Assembly: GCA_008632985.1 (NCBI GenBank)
Contig: QPGO01000025.1
Location: 434,001 to 498,000 of the forward strand
Source: Psammoneis japonica
Taxonomy: Eukaryota
Direction: 5' to 3'
Length of the DNA: 64,000 nt
Below are positions 10,744-24,278 of this stretch, piece after piece. Within the stretch, counting starts at the first letter, position 1. Each line of letters opens with the position of its first letter. The position numbers were made by a program, and so were the translations under genes. The notes below the pieces were generated by a model. The model worked only from the letters and a program-made list of their open reading frames with translations. It searched no databases and was not told the origin of the DNA.

Positions 10744-13700
10744 ATGGATTCTACGGAACAAGCTTCCCCGAGAACGAAGCTCCGTCGAAAGGTTACAGAG
10801 TACAATCCTGAAGAAACCGCATCTCAACGGCTGGTCGAGTACTTTGTAGTGGTTAGCAGCCATCCACGGTGGGAGACTCAAAAGCAATCAAGCGATCACA
10901 AAAGGACACCAACACAACGAAGACGGAAAGGTACCGATGAAACGTCAGATTCACGCAACAAGTTTCGGCAGAGACGAAAGAATGCTACTGATGCTGATGC
11001 TGCTGATGATGCTGATGCTGATCATGATGATAATGATCAGACACCCGAAAACATCCACTTGCCTCAAGAGCACGCTGAACACACATTTCAACCAAAAATT
11101 ACTGCCCGCTACCCTACTTTGGACTACGAGGATCACGCTCTAAACCCCATGATTGTCCAGTTTTGCTACCCACATTCAGATGTGATTTTTCCGTTAACGG
11201 AGTTTGTCATGCCTCGATGTCATCATTTCGTTTGACAAATGAGAGAGGTACAAAGATATATGGGACTTGCTTAACTGTTTATGAAGAATTCCACCCAGAA
11301 AAGGATGGACCGATTCGTCGAGATCTTGTCTGTCTCACCGATTTAGGTGACGTAGAGGTTTCTCCAGATGCTGGTTCAGCTCTTTACTTGCCCAAGGTTT
11401 TGTGTGTGCTCTCCACCTGGCCTTACTTGACTGCTTTTCGCGAGTATCTGACACAGCTCTACAGATTGGCCACCGCCACAGATATGATGACATGTCCGAT
11501 TGAGAGATACGTCATTAATCTCTGTAGAGAGATCCCCGCACCCCCTCCAGGGGCATTCGAAATACAAGTATCAATCATGGCTGAATCAATGGAATCGATC
11601 CGATTTTGGGCTCCTCCGGCCAAGCTTCCCATGGGATACGTGGCCATTCCGTACGAGAGAATCTTTAACTGCTTGGATCTCGAGAATGTTCTTACTGTTT
11701 GGTATGCACTCACATTGGAACGGAAGGTCTTGCTCCTGTCAAGCCAGTACTCGATCCTCACGGTCTGTGCAGAGATTCTATGCTCCTTGCTATTTCCTTT
11801 TACGTGGAGCCATTTGTATGTTCCCCTCCTGCCAAAGTTCCTGAGTCCCATGTTGGACGCCCCCGTGCCATACTTGGTCGGAGTTGTTCGTGACAATTGG
11901 AGGTGGGCAAAAGAATACGTCAATGAAGAAACCATTGTGGTGGATTTGGATAGAAACTTGGTCACACTTGGAGAAGAAACCGAACCGCTCCCACCTCCTC
12001 CCAGTAGGAAATACTCAAAGCTTAAAGCATCCCTTCAACAAGAGACTGGGGATATATACTGGAAAACACGAGGAATCTGGGAGGAGCATCGAAGATTTGT
12101 TCACAAGAAAGCGGATTCAAAGGCTTGGGAAAAAGCTCGACTCGAGGGAGACAAACGATGGAATGAGAAACTGCATAAATATGACGAGGCGATAAGTGTT
12201 GCTTATTCACCAGATTCGCTGAATCTCATCGATGATACTCTGAACGAGAATCAACAAAGTCAGTGGGATCGAGTACAAGAAACGTTTCTGCGCTTTTTCG
12301 TTTCTGCTCTAAAAGACTACCGGAAGTTTCTTGGTGATGTGGAGGACGACAACCCAAAGAGTATTCATGACCAGTGGCGTTCTCGGCAAACTTTTGACCG
12401 GGATTTGTTTGTTGCCTCGCAGCGAGTCGATTATCAACCCTTTCTCTCGGAGCTCTGCATGACGCAACAGTTTGATGGGTTTCTCACAAAGCGCATCTAC
12501 AGTCCAGGAGAACCCGACGTCATATTTTTTGATCAAAGTATTGACGCAAAGAGAAACCGCAGCAGACTCAAAGTTAAGAAAGTTGAAACACCCTTCTTGC
12601 AAAGCGCTCAAGCTCATAAAGTCCTCAAGATTGTTGAAGCTGTGCCGCCAAGCTCGGATGGCTTATCTTATGGCAATGTCTACGTCTATGAAAAGTGGCC
12701 TGAGACTTTCGATAAGTCGAAGTTCTGTATGCCAAGGCCTATTCCTCGAATGATTGCTTCCGAATTTGACAGGCAGGCTGCACTGGTGACGAGGCTTCGA
12801 GCCCACCATACGGTTGAGGACGAGGTCCAAGATCACGGTGAACTCTTTATCGGAAACTTTGATTCCTCCCCTGAAGTTGCAACCTTTACCGTATTCTTCA
12901 TTACGTACTCAGCCGTGATTGGACGCGAATGGCAAAAGTTTGTTGAAAAACGCCGTCAGCGTGAAGAAATGGGTTATGAAACAGAGGACGACGAGGAGGA
13001 GTACCTCGAAGCCCTTGAAGTAGCTGCTGCGCAGCTGGATCTTGGCTTCAATGTTTTATCGATGATGCAGATGCGGGGCCTATCTCCAGATCCCGAATCT
13101 ATTAAGTGTCTGATGGAAGCTTGCGGCCGCTGTGGAGATGCGGAGCGCGCAAAGAAGTTGCTGGAGATCCTATCAAGAGATGGTCTTGTGGCAGACAGTG
13201 AAATGTACTCGAATTTCCTAAACGCCTTTGCATGTGGAGAAGGAACGGGAATCGAAAGTCCGGCTTCTGTGCCACGTAGTGGGTCTGATGCATACTCTGC
13301 ATTTCTCAAGAAGAAGTTAGAGGCTTCAACTCATGCACATGATGACGGAATGCCGTTCAGCGTTCCAGCGTCAGATACATCGGACGAGTTGTCAAGCATT
13401 GCAGATACATTGCCTGGTAGCATTGAGGATGCCGCTCAAGTTGACAGAAGTGGTTCCTCGTGGACAGCTGTTTGTGATGAGATGTTTTCATTCCTTTTTG
13501 ATGGATGGACAGTGACACCTAAACGCCCCTCACAAAGAAGGGCGAAGAGGCGACGAAAGAGGAGAAGGTCCAGCTTTGATGGCCTTGTCGTTACCAACCA
13601 GGTGAAAAAACAGGTGGCACTTGGTGAACAACTTCTTGACTTTTTATACCCTGACCTTCATATTGATAGCCAGAGTGATGCTTGTCCTATGTGTTCTCGA

Positions 13701-14102
13701 GTACTCACGGAGAACGAGGTAGTGTCGGGTTGGCAGTCTCGTCAGTATTCAGATTTCACAACCGGGTGTCCTCAATGTAAGCACAGGTTTGTTCCAAGGT
13801 TCGTAGTGAAGTGTTCGGACCCATCTTTCGAAGGATCTCAAGGCCCTGGAACACCTCTCTATTGCGAGTTCTTATCCCCTTGGGTATTGATCAAGGAGCT
13901 TACGCAGGATGCACATTCTTGGGACGCAGTCGAAGAAATGCTCAATCCTAGATGGCGGCAAGGAACAGAGATCAATGCGACTCTCTGGTGGAATTTGGCG
14001 ATTTCCTTTATACGATACGGCCTGCCGGTGTCATTTCTTCTGCAAGGAAGCTTTCAGAACAGACTAATTAATCCGGATCCAGAATGCCACTGTGGATTTT
14101 GA
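10744..14102 (+). CDS. DENN-domain Rab GEF (DENND4/Crag-like) with a PPR-like repeat and C-terminal CxxC pairs; frameshift at about 11231
   Basis: RLVEYFVVV, HHFV/LTNERGTKIYGTCL, LERKVLLLSSQYSILT, WSHLYVPLLP, LDAPVPYLVGV; PPR-like LMEACGRCGDAERA; CPMC..GW..TTGCPQC..RFVP; start codon uncertain. Confidence 0.88.
10982..11038 (+). repeat. GAT/GCT low-complexity tract encoding a D/A-rich linker
   Basis: atgctactgatgctgatgctgctgatgatgctgatgctgatcatgatgataatgatc. Confidence 0.7.
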
Positions 14103-14164
14103 GGTAGCTGAACTCCTAACGTTCATAACAGAAATATCCATCCAGTAGTTTAAGGGCCTACTGT

Positions 14165-17100
14165 TCAAACTTCTCCGTCTTCCGGTTCGTCGCTCTTATC
14201 TTCGCGTTTTCTCTTTGCCGGAACAATGGGTTTTGGAGGTGGCTTCTCTGCTTGTAGTTCTTCAATATCCGGGAAAGTGGGACTCGGTTTTGTCTGTTCC
14301 ATGTGCACCTTAACCACTGCACTAGTTTCCCGGGCGTGCTTCACTAAATCTCGCCAGTAAGGGTTTACAACGATAGACTTACATCTCGCGATCACAAACA
14401 AGAAATGCTTGGCTCGCGTCAGTGCAACGTTCATTCTTCGAACATCACTGAGAAACCCAATTCCTTTACTTCCGGCGGCACGGACACAGCTAAAAATAAC
14501 AATGCTTGCTTCTCGTCCCTGAAATGCATCGACAGTATTCACCTCGACAAGGGATGTGTACTCAGTGCCAAGCTTATCTGAAAAGCAGCGTCTAAGCAAA
14601 TTGGCTTGCTGAGCATAGGGAGTGATGACGGCTACGCGAGATTTAGCAGAGAGACCAGAGGTGATTCTTCGCAGTGACTCGTACAGGTAAACAGCGAGGT
14701 GCGCTTCCGCAGAGTTGGCTAGACTCGTACCGCCCCTCTCTTCCTTCGAATCAAGATCGAGGACCATGAACGGCTAATAGGGGAGGCAAAGGAATTCAAA
14801 ATTAGCAATGAGACAAACCAGAAGCATACGAGTAATGGCAAGCCAAGCGCCCAACACAAAAGTGGTGAAACTCGTACCTGAAACGCTTGAAGCTTGGTCA
14901 GGATGCATCGTTTCAGAGGATTTCCGTATTCTGGGTGAATGACATTGGGTCCATCCAACAGGTTCCCACCGTAAAAAATTCGTCGTGGAAAGTCCGAGAT
15001 TGCTGGGTGCATACGATACTGCCTGTTGAGAAGATGGACCTCATGCCCAGCCTCTTCCAACCTTTGAAACAAGCTTCGGTCGTATTTTGTGTTACGTCCC
15101 GAAACCGAAAATATTGTGGCTGGTAACTGCTGGGGATCACCGACTAAAATCGCATGCGAACTACCCAACTGCAGCGCGGAGAGTGTAGACGGCTCCACAC
15201 TTTGGGCAGCCTCGTCGACAACGACTACCTCAAACTTTGCAGCCGCCTCCAAGACACGGTTTCCCGCGGTACCAAGGGTGGTCATAACAATATGGGCCGC
15301 ATCCAAGAAATGGGTCTCGAGCTGCTGTCTCGTGATAAACTCACTGCCTCCAGCTGTGCCTTGAACAATTCTGCAACGTTCCATCTTTGCTTCGATTGAG
15401 TAATATCGATCGACCAGCTTTACAATCTTGCTTTGATAGCTTCTATACTCAGGCATGGCGGTAGCTGGGAACTGCTTCTCGTCAGGCTCGGGGGGTGGTG
15501 GTACTTCGAAGGTCGTGGTCTTTTCCTTATGATTCACAAAGTAGGTTCTTCCAGTTTCTTCAAAAGTATCCTCATCGATACGAATTTCCCAATCCTTAGA
15601 CAGAGGCCATGGCGACGCCCTGCTCAAAGCATAAACTCGTTTTCGTAATTTCATGATATCCGTTTGAATTCGTTGCAACTCCATCTTGAACCCGGCAATG
15701 GACGAGTCGAGTTGGGCGACATCGTTGTTCTCCAACACTGCTTCAACCTTTGATTCCAAGGCCACGTCTTTTACCATGGTACTCTGCCCAACGCCGACAC
15801 GAACAATAGACGGGTTGTATCGACATCCATTGCCATCGACAAAGCCATCCTCCATGATTTTCAAAATAACATTGTCCACGGCGGCATTGGACGGGGCGCA
15901 TACCAAGAGGCGAGGCTTGGACTTGGCAGCGTGGGCAAGAGAGTTCTTTCGGTTTCCCAAATGAAGTCCAGCTGCAATCTTCCGAACCTCTTGGTAGTAC
16001 TTGTTATATTGACGAATGTGCAATGAATTCAAAAGAGCAACAAGAGTTGTTGTCTTTCCTGTTCCTGGCGGGCCCTTGATCAGCGTAAATCCGCCATCAC
16101 CGTACTCTCGGGCAGCCGCAGATATGGCACCCAGCTGAGACTGGTTGAACTTTTTCTGTGCATACTGTGCAAAGCCTTTTCCCAACGCTTCTACACCACC
16201 CATATCATCCACCATGTGTTTCTTCTTTTTCTTCTTGTTTTGATTATCCTTACTCTTGCTATTGTCAGTCAGACCGCGGTTTCCAAGTAGATAGGAACGA
16301 AGCGGTATTGATTCGACGCGACAGAGTGCTGTAAATTCTCTCAGCGCCGTCACGTTGCTTCCAATCTTGAGCAACACCATGTCCTCCCGTCCCGCCTTGG
16401 CCCACCACTTTTTCGACACCACCAACGTCAAGCCATTCAATGACTTGCGTGCGTATTCCGTATGCCCAACTAGACCATTCTGACGAAAGGATGAATTGTC
16501 TTGACCACGGAGCGCTTGTCGTAAAATGACTTCTTCGGACACGAGTAAGACCACGTCGTTGGCGAGAAAGGATGGTTCATTCTTCTTGCTGTTCTTGTCT
16601 GCGGAAGCGACTTGGACTGTGATACAGTCCATGGTACTTTCGACATTACGTGAAAATGGCTTCACCTTGACAGGGACGGGTCCAGCTTTGTGCCAGTACG
16701 GGACTTGTTGAAGACATTCCGACAATAGTTGAGCACGAGCTTCATTTAGACAGAGGGGTGCCCATGCGGCCATGTAGTGACTGTGTGATACAAACGTATC
16801 TGGCAATTCCTTCGTTTCGACTGCAACAGAGGCCTGAATGGAAGACTTTTCTTTGTACAAGTGTCGCAAGAAGTCCCAATCACGCATGTTTTTCCAATAG
16901 TCATTCGGTTCCACGTTTCCGTAAGAAGTTGACGCGCTGGTGCTTCCCATGGTTTTAGCCGACGCTTGTACCAGCTGTGACAATTTACTAGTAGGCTTGT
17001 TTTCTTGTTTAGGTATAGTACCAACCACAGGAACAGCTTTCTTCTTTTTTGCTTCCTGAGTTTTCGCCATGGCAACTCGGGTCCTTGCTGCAGCCAAGGC

Positions 17101-17408
17101 GGCCGCTGCTGTAGTCGGAGGCGCGGGTTTGTTGCGCACGGCTGGTCTCTTTTGTTTGTCGATGACTTGAGACGATTCATTTCCTTGAAATATACTTTTT
17201 AATTTTTGTTTCTGAGCAAGCGATTGAATCGACGGTGCTGTCTTGAGTTGACTCGGACGCTTTTGTGTGGCTTTTTCTTTGGAGGCGGAGGTTTGGTGGG
17301 AGGTGGTGGTTTCTTCGTTCCTGCCAATTGCGCTGCAACCTGCCTCTGTCGTTCCAATATTTCGGCTTCATGGCTTGTCGAGGGCTTCGATGATCGATAA
17401 GATGACAT
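14165..17408 (-). CDS. Sen1/senataxin-like SF1 (UPF1-like) helicase with an internal WW domain; intron 14774-14877; frameshift at about 17272
   Basis: LIKGPPGTGKTTT, LVCAPSNAAVD, VVVDEAAQ, LVGDPQQLPAT, QYRMHP, ITPY, NTVDAFQGRE, RRMNVALTRAK. Confidence 0.92.
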
Positions 17409-17784
17409 ACTCGGGTACTTGAGGTTCCTTACAACAATGAGAAGCCTCGCATCATCGTCGCAAGTGCCGGCTTTCGAGTTTTTGTTGTGAATTTTGACGA
17501 TTTTGTCGGGCTGTGATGCCGAAAAGGCGGGCGCGCAGTCAATCACGTTTGGTCCCGCGCCGCGCGGGCACGCGACGCGCGAACCTTGTGTGGAGTTCGG
17601 TCAGTCCTCCCATCCATCCTTGATTACGCTTATTCCAAAGATATCATATTATCTGTTCAATGTCTAAATAGAAATTACTGTATTGAATAACAAAAAAAAA
17701 GCGGCAACTAACATCGCTGCTGCTGCTCTGCATGCAACCCAAGTCATGTCATTGTCGACCTTATTGCTGTTTCAGTTGCACATC

Positions 17785-20700
17785 ATGTGGGGCCAATTTG
17801 CTGGCCGCCTCAAGGAAAATGCAGGGGAAATATTGAATGCGGTGGCTCCACCTGGCAGTGATGAGGAGTATTATACGGAAGAGGAAGAATACGAAGAGTA
17901 TGAAGACGAGGAGTATACCGATGAGGAGGAAGAGGAGCAAGATGAAAAGACTGGATTCGGTGCCTTGCTAGAACGCTTTGTGGCTCAAGAGGAAGAACAG
18001 TATGAAGAAGTAGCGGAATCAGATCAGAAAGCAGACGAGACTTCGGCTGATGCAGCCGTGGATGAAACCACCGCGAAATTGGAAATACCGTCGCCAAGTC
18101 TAAAAAATACCACAGAAAACAACAATGCCATGGTTGAACCGTCACCGAAAAGACCGCCGCCACCACCACCTCCGCGACGAAGGCCACCACCACCCCCGCC
18201 TCCTCCAAAACCGGCAAGGGAAGATTCTTCTGACTTTGAGCAAGTTAGCTTACACGACGATGACTCGCAGGATGCTGCTGCCAAACGAATGCGAGATGAG
18301 GCAGCCAAACAAAAAGAGCTCATTGCAAAACGAGAAGCGGAGGAAACGCGACGTCGCGAAAAGGAAATTGCTAAGCGACAACAAGAAGAAGAGGAGGAGA
18401 AGCGACGTCAACAGGAAGAGATTGCAAAACGCGAAAAGGAACGATTAGCAGAGATTGCAAGGAAGGAGGAAGAGCAACGTCAGAAAAAAGCGGAAGAGGA
18501 AGAGATGCGACGTCGGCAAGCAGAAATTGCTAGGCTAGAAGAAGAAGAACGCCAGCGAAAAGAAGAGAAAAGACGTCAGTTAGAAAAAGAGAGAGCTAGA
18601 AAGGAGGAGGAAGAACGTCGTCGATTAGATGCGGTCGAGAGAGCTAGAAAGGAGGAAAAAGAACTGCTGGAGCGAGAAGCAGAGATTGCTAGACAGAAGG
18701 AAGAAGAGCAGCGTCAGCGAGAAGCAGAGATTGCGAGACAGAAGGAAGAAAGACAGCGACAAGAAGAGATTGCGAGACAGAAGGAAGAGAAGCGACTCGC
18801 AGAGACTGCCAGGCAACAGGAAGAAAAGAGGCGGGAGGCAGAATTAGCAAAGAAGAGGGAGGAAGAGAAGCGACTCGCAGAGATTGCCAGGCAACAGGAA
18901 GAAGAGAGGCGAGAGGCGGAAGTAGTAAAACAACGGGAAGAAGAGAAACGGCTCGCAGAGGTAGCTAGAAAACAGGAAGAAGAGAGGCGAGAGGCGGAAT
19001 TAGCAAAACAACGGGAGGAAGAGAAAAGGCTCGCAGAGGCAGCTAGAAAACTGGAAGAAGAGAGGCGGGAGGCAGAATTAGCAGAACAGCGGGAGGAAGA
19101 GAAACGGCTCGCAGAGGTTGCTAGAAAAGACGAAGAAAAGAGGCGAGAGGCGGAATTGGTTATGCAACGGGAGGCAGAACTTGCAAGGCAAAGGGAGGAA
19201 GAAGCCGAGCGTCAAAAGGAGGCAGAGATGGCTAGGCAGCGGGAAGAAGAAGCCAGACGTCTTAGGGACGCCGAGAAGGCAAAAGAGCGCGAAGCCGAGA
19301 TTGCCGCGCAAAGGCAAGCGGAAGTTGTATTAATAAGACAACAAGAGGAAGAGAAACAAAAAGCAAAGCAACTGGAGGAGGAAGAGCGAATGAGACAGCA
19401 AGAGGTGGCCATGAAAGAAAAACACGAAGCTGAGAAAAAGATGCGAGAATCGGAGGCGGCGAGGAAACATCAGGAACAAAGACAAAAGGCGGAAGCATCA
19501 ACAAAGGATGAAGACGTATTGCTTGTAAATGGCGGTTCGCCGCGTAATGATTCCGTAGCAAATGCACAGGATGGATTGGTGAGAAGTCTGCGCGAACAAG
19601 TCCGACAGATGGAACTAGAAAAGGAAAGCATGTCGCAGCTGCAAGGAAAGAACAAAGAGTTGGACCGTCAACTACAAGACGTTAGACAGCATTTATTGCG
19701 TGCAGAGAATCACATAGTGGAACTGCAACAAAATGCTGCCCAGTCTATGGACGAGGAAGAGGAGTGGCGACAGTCGCTCCTGGCGAAACAACAAGAACAC
19801 GAAGCTTTGCTGATTCAATCACAGGATGAAAAGATCGAACTGGAAGAAACCTGTCAGTCTCAGAGGGAAGCCTATGCTGCATTAGAGAGGGAATACGAGA
19901 AGGCGAGATTCAATTCAACCCAACAAATTGAAGAGATGCGTCATCTTTTGCAAGAAGCTGAAGCTCGGTTAAAATCTGCCGAAGCGGAAAAACGAGATGC
20001 TCTATCGAGGAAAGACGCAGCCTCCAAGCAGGCCCAACAACGGCAAGAGCGGTCGGTTCAAATGGCGGAAGATAAGTTGGCCAGTACTATGGCTCTCTTG
20101 GATGAACGAGATGACGAGATACATAATCTCAAGTCTGTCATTGACAATATGAGAGCCACGATATCAAGGAATGCTGAGGGTGCTGAAGAAGCGGAGGAGG
20201 AAATGGACGAGTTGCATGCCGAAAACGAAGCTCTTCTACACAAAATTCAGGTCATGGAAGAAGAGAGATTGGAAATGCAGAGACAAGTTGCAGATTTAGC
20301 TGCTGATCACGATAAAGTGAGCGGTCTTCAGGTACGTGGTTGGGGGTGTAAAGAACTTGAATAATCGTCGTTGTAGCACTCCTCACATGTAATGGCACTG
20401 CGCTGCTGCACAGATGGAGCTGCATATGCTGATGGAGGAACGTGATCGAGATAGGGCTCAGAAACAGTCAGCTGTAGAGTCAGCGGAAAGCAGTAAGTCA
20501 AAAACGGCAGCGGAACGCGACGCAGCCCTGGCAAAAGTTAAGGATCTCGAACAGCAGCTAACAGCAGTAATGGCGGACTTGAGTGTGGCGCAGTCTGATA
20601 CAGAACGCGTCATGACTGCCAACAGTAACCTCCAGAACGCACTTGAGGCTTTTCAGAGCGAACGTGAGGCTGAGATGGGAATTCTCGAAGAGCAGCGTGT

Positions 20701-21277
20701 GGCCGCTGAGGAGGCCGCAGCTGCTGCTCATGCGGCGGCAATACAGGCAACAAATGAAGTACATGAGTCGGAAATGAAAGCTATTCAAAACGCAGCCGAC
20801 GCTGCTGTAACAAACGTCATGGAAGAAGTTAAATCCCTGGAAGCGAAGGTTGAGGAATCTCGAAAAGAGAACGCGCAACTTCGGCGTTCTTTGGACGAAG
20901 CTATACACCGCCTTCAGTCAAATCAAGAGGATGTTATTGACAGAACCCTGATGAAAAACATCCTCTTGGACTGGTTTGCAAAGGATGGAAAAGGTAAGAA
21001 AGATGTTCTCAAGGTGATGGCGAGTGTCTTGCACTTCACAGAAGAAGAAAAAGACAAGATCCATATCGGGGAAGCACATGGAGGAACGTTTGGGAAAGTT
21101 GTAGGGGCGGTGGCGGCCCCCCTTCCTCCGCCAACTGCTGATGTCGACCACTTGGAGGGAGATAATGTCCGTGAAAAGTGGGTCAACTTTCTTTTAGCTG
21201 AAGCAGGAGAAGATGCGAGTGGCGGCAAGAGTGGTGAGCAGGTCAGAGCGCAACAGAGCAATGGGTCCACCATATGA
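17785..21277 (+). CDS. GRAB-domain golgin (GMAP-210/GC3-GC4-like) with a long E/R/K-rich helix; intron 20332-20413
   Basis: Long coiled coil; C-terminal IDRTLMKNILLDWF...KDVLKVMASVLHFTEEEK and REKWVNFLLAE; amphipathic N-terminus MWGQFAGRLKENAGEILNAVAP. Confidence 0.8.
18785..19200 (+). repeat. About 5 tandem 78-nt (26-aa) coding repeats
   Basis: Units such as EEKRLAETARQQEEKRREAELAKKRE and EEKRLAEIARQQEEERREAEVVKQRE. Confidence 0.8.
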
Positions 21278-21339
21278 GAATAGTCATCGCCGATTTACTA
21301 GATAATCGTCGGATGCAAAATGATTGTACTCGAATAGCT

Positions 21340-23930
21340 CTAGTTGTTAATAGTGCTCAAGCTTTTGACGCTTTCCGCAACTCGTTTTGCAGTCTTCGCC
21401 AGAGTATCCTTCTTGTATTCCATAAAATCTCCTCGGAATCTTGTTGCTTTGCCGTCGCCTACAACCCACAATTCACCACAAGTGTTTGTTATAAAGAACT
21501 GATCATGACTGACAACAATGAGACCTCCGCGAAAGTCTTTCACTGCTTCCACTAATGCGTCTATACTTTCCATATCCAAGTGGTTCGTTGGCTATGATCA
21601 GACGAACGAGTAGTGCTGAGAGTTCTGCGACACAAGTTATTTTCATCAAAGCTGTTCAAGTGACATACCTCGTCCATAATAATTACATGAGGCTTCTGGT
21701 ATGCCAATGTCGCGAAGGCAACTCGGCTTTTTTGTCCTCCCGACAAGAGTAACATGGGCTTAAGTGCGTCAGTACCCTGAATTTGGAACTTGCCCAAGAA
21801 AGAGCGCATTTCTTGGTCTCCGGCGTCGGGGAATATGGTCATCATGTTTTCTACAGACGAGAGTTGCAGGTCAAATTTGTCGGCACTATGCTGTGTGAAA
21901 TGCCCGATGCGAAGTCGACCATTACGTGAGATCGACCCACATGTGGAAGTCAGCTTTCCCATGATGAGATTCAACAGCGTTGATTTGCCAGCTCCGTTCT
22001 TTCCAAGGATGCCAATCCGAGAGTCCAGGTCAACACCAAAGTTCACTTTCTGCAAGAGGAATTCGCTTTCATCTAACTTGATACCATCCGGCGTCACGGC
22101 ATTGTAATCAAACGAAACATCGTCGACGGATATGATCGGGCGACCCAAAGGCTCTGGATTGGGAATCGAAAATCTCCAAATAGGTTCAATTTCGACGGGT
22201 TCCGGGGCTTCTAAATCCATTTTTTCGACAGCTTTGATACGACTTTGAACAATACTAGCCCTTTTTGCATTGGCCCGAAACTTTTCTATAAACTCCATCA
22301 TGTGAGCCCGCTTATCCTTGTAAGCATTGTAGACTCGCATCGCATTTTTCACGTTTTCTTCCGCGGTTTTCACGTAAGTGTCGTAATTTCCTCTGTAATC
22401 TATTGGACGGAGGTCGTGACATAGTTAGAAAGGAACGAAAAAGCCATTAGGAATCTGCCATTGTTCACTTCCCCAACCACTTACATGTCAATTTTTTATT
22501 CTTGAACTCGATAATATCTGTGCAAACCTCATTCAGAACCCTCTGTCGTGACTAACGACGACAAGCGAGTGCTTGTATTCGACCAAGTAGCTTTCTAGCC
22601 ATAAGACGGCTTCCAAGTCCTGTTGAAGAAGCCGGGAAACAAGTTAGGCACGATAATAAATCTCAAGTCATGAGAACAATCAAAAGCACTGCTCCTTCGT
22701 ACCAAGTGTTTGTGGGCTCATCAAGCATCAGTAGATCAGGTTCAATAAAAAGCGCAGCCGCGAGAGCGACTCGCATACGCCATCCTCCCGACAATGCCGA
22801 AGTGGGTCCTGCTGCATTTCAGGCGTGAACTGTAGCCCAGACAAAATCATGGCCGCTCGCGCCTCTGCAGAATCGGCCGACAATAGCTGAAGTCGAGCAT
22901 AAACTTCGTCAAGGCGTTTCAGATCCTTCTCAAAGCTGGTATCCTTCTTTTCCTGTTGCTGCTTCATGAGTCGTTCCCGCTTTTCCTGTACAGACCCTCC
23001 TGATACGGATGATTCATCCTTTTCCAACCTCGACAGAATTTCCTTTTCTTCTTTTAAAAGCGTCGTTCGTTCCACGTCCGCTTCAATCACAGCCTGCAGC
23101 ACTGGCGTCTCGTCACCGCTACTTCTTAGTTCCTGTCGTACGTGTAACACCCGTAAATGCCTCGGAAAGCCTTCAATACTCATTGATGCAATGGCCTTGA
23201 GCAGTGTCGTCTTTCCTACTCCGTTTTTGCCGACAAACCCGTAGCGTCTACGATAAGCAAATTTGAGCTCCGTGTGGTCAAGGAGTGATCGCCCGTTATC
23301 CAGAGAAAGGCTAACATTGCGGACCTGAATATCACGTTCGTTTCGTCCAGAGCTGTAATCCGGCAATACCATTGCTGAAACTGCACCAGTGCCTGCAGCC
23401 TGTTCTTCTTGTTCCTGTAGCAAAACTTTGGCTTCATATTCTCGCCTCATCTTTTCCAGTTCTTGTCGTTGTTTTCGCTTGTCCTTGGCGGACGATTTGT
23501 CAGTATGAGCTTCAATCACCTCATTGACCTGAGCAGAACACCACTGTCTGTTCCCCACATGTATCTATTCGCGTCTACCTCAGCATCTGTCTCGGTTAGA
23601 TCGGATGACATTGTAACGACGCCCTTTAGGCGACGCACTGCCGTTTGTTGACAGCACTCTTCTCTTCCTCAGTCGGACCACCGCCTAGATCGACCACGGC
23701 TCGACAAGCACTGTCAATCAGTTCCTGTGGACAATGCAGACCGTCGAGAAAAGGACCCATTAGCTCCTGAACTTCCTCCTCATTCTGACTGTCTTCCAAT
23801 CCTTCTGAAACGAGACCGGCCAAGTACGCAACGAGATCTTCGTCCAATCCCTCCACCTCCGTTCCTCCATGCTCCTCCACAGCACCTTGGACAAGGCAGA
23901 GACTAACTCATCTTCTTCCAGTTTAGGCAT
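21340..23930 (-). CDS. ABCF3: ABC-F family ATPase (ABCF3/GCN20-like); multi-exon with several apparent frameshifts
   Basis: [27 protein letters not shown] (after frameshift at about 22810), [37 protein letters not shown]. Confidence 0.88.
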
Positions 23931-24278
23931 TATCTAAATGGGGGCGTATGTATGGTACTGTACAACTGCACGGTACAATTCCGTCGCCATGGCGATGAAT
24001 GAAGACTTGAGCTTGGTTCACTTCCCTCTCCATCTCCGCTGCCGGCTGGTGCGTCAGTCGCGCGCGGGCGGACGACGGACAGTGCACCCCAGGAGCCCGC
24101 ACATACACACTGGCGAAAAGATTCCAAATTCCTGCTGTCACGATCGAAGAGGACGAAAGAGTTCCGTCCAAAACAAACACGACAATCCCACAAAATCGAA
24201 GAAGGTCCAAAAACAACGACAATCCTTCACACAAAAACAAGCCGCTTCATCTCTTGTCAACAAAGTACAACACAAATA

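Noticed and set aside
18290..19480. Repeat region as a CRISPR-like or satellite array
   Set aside because: In-frame coding repeats without unique spacers, in a eukaryotic gene
14103..21339. Identical 62-bp gaps between two convergent gene pairs (14103-14164 and 21278-21339)
   Set aside because: The gap sequences are unrelated; short convergent gaps are normal in compact genomes
24114..24134. Heat-shock element upstream of HSP20
   Set aside because: GAA/TTC spacing does not fit nGAAnnTTCn
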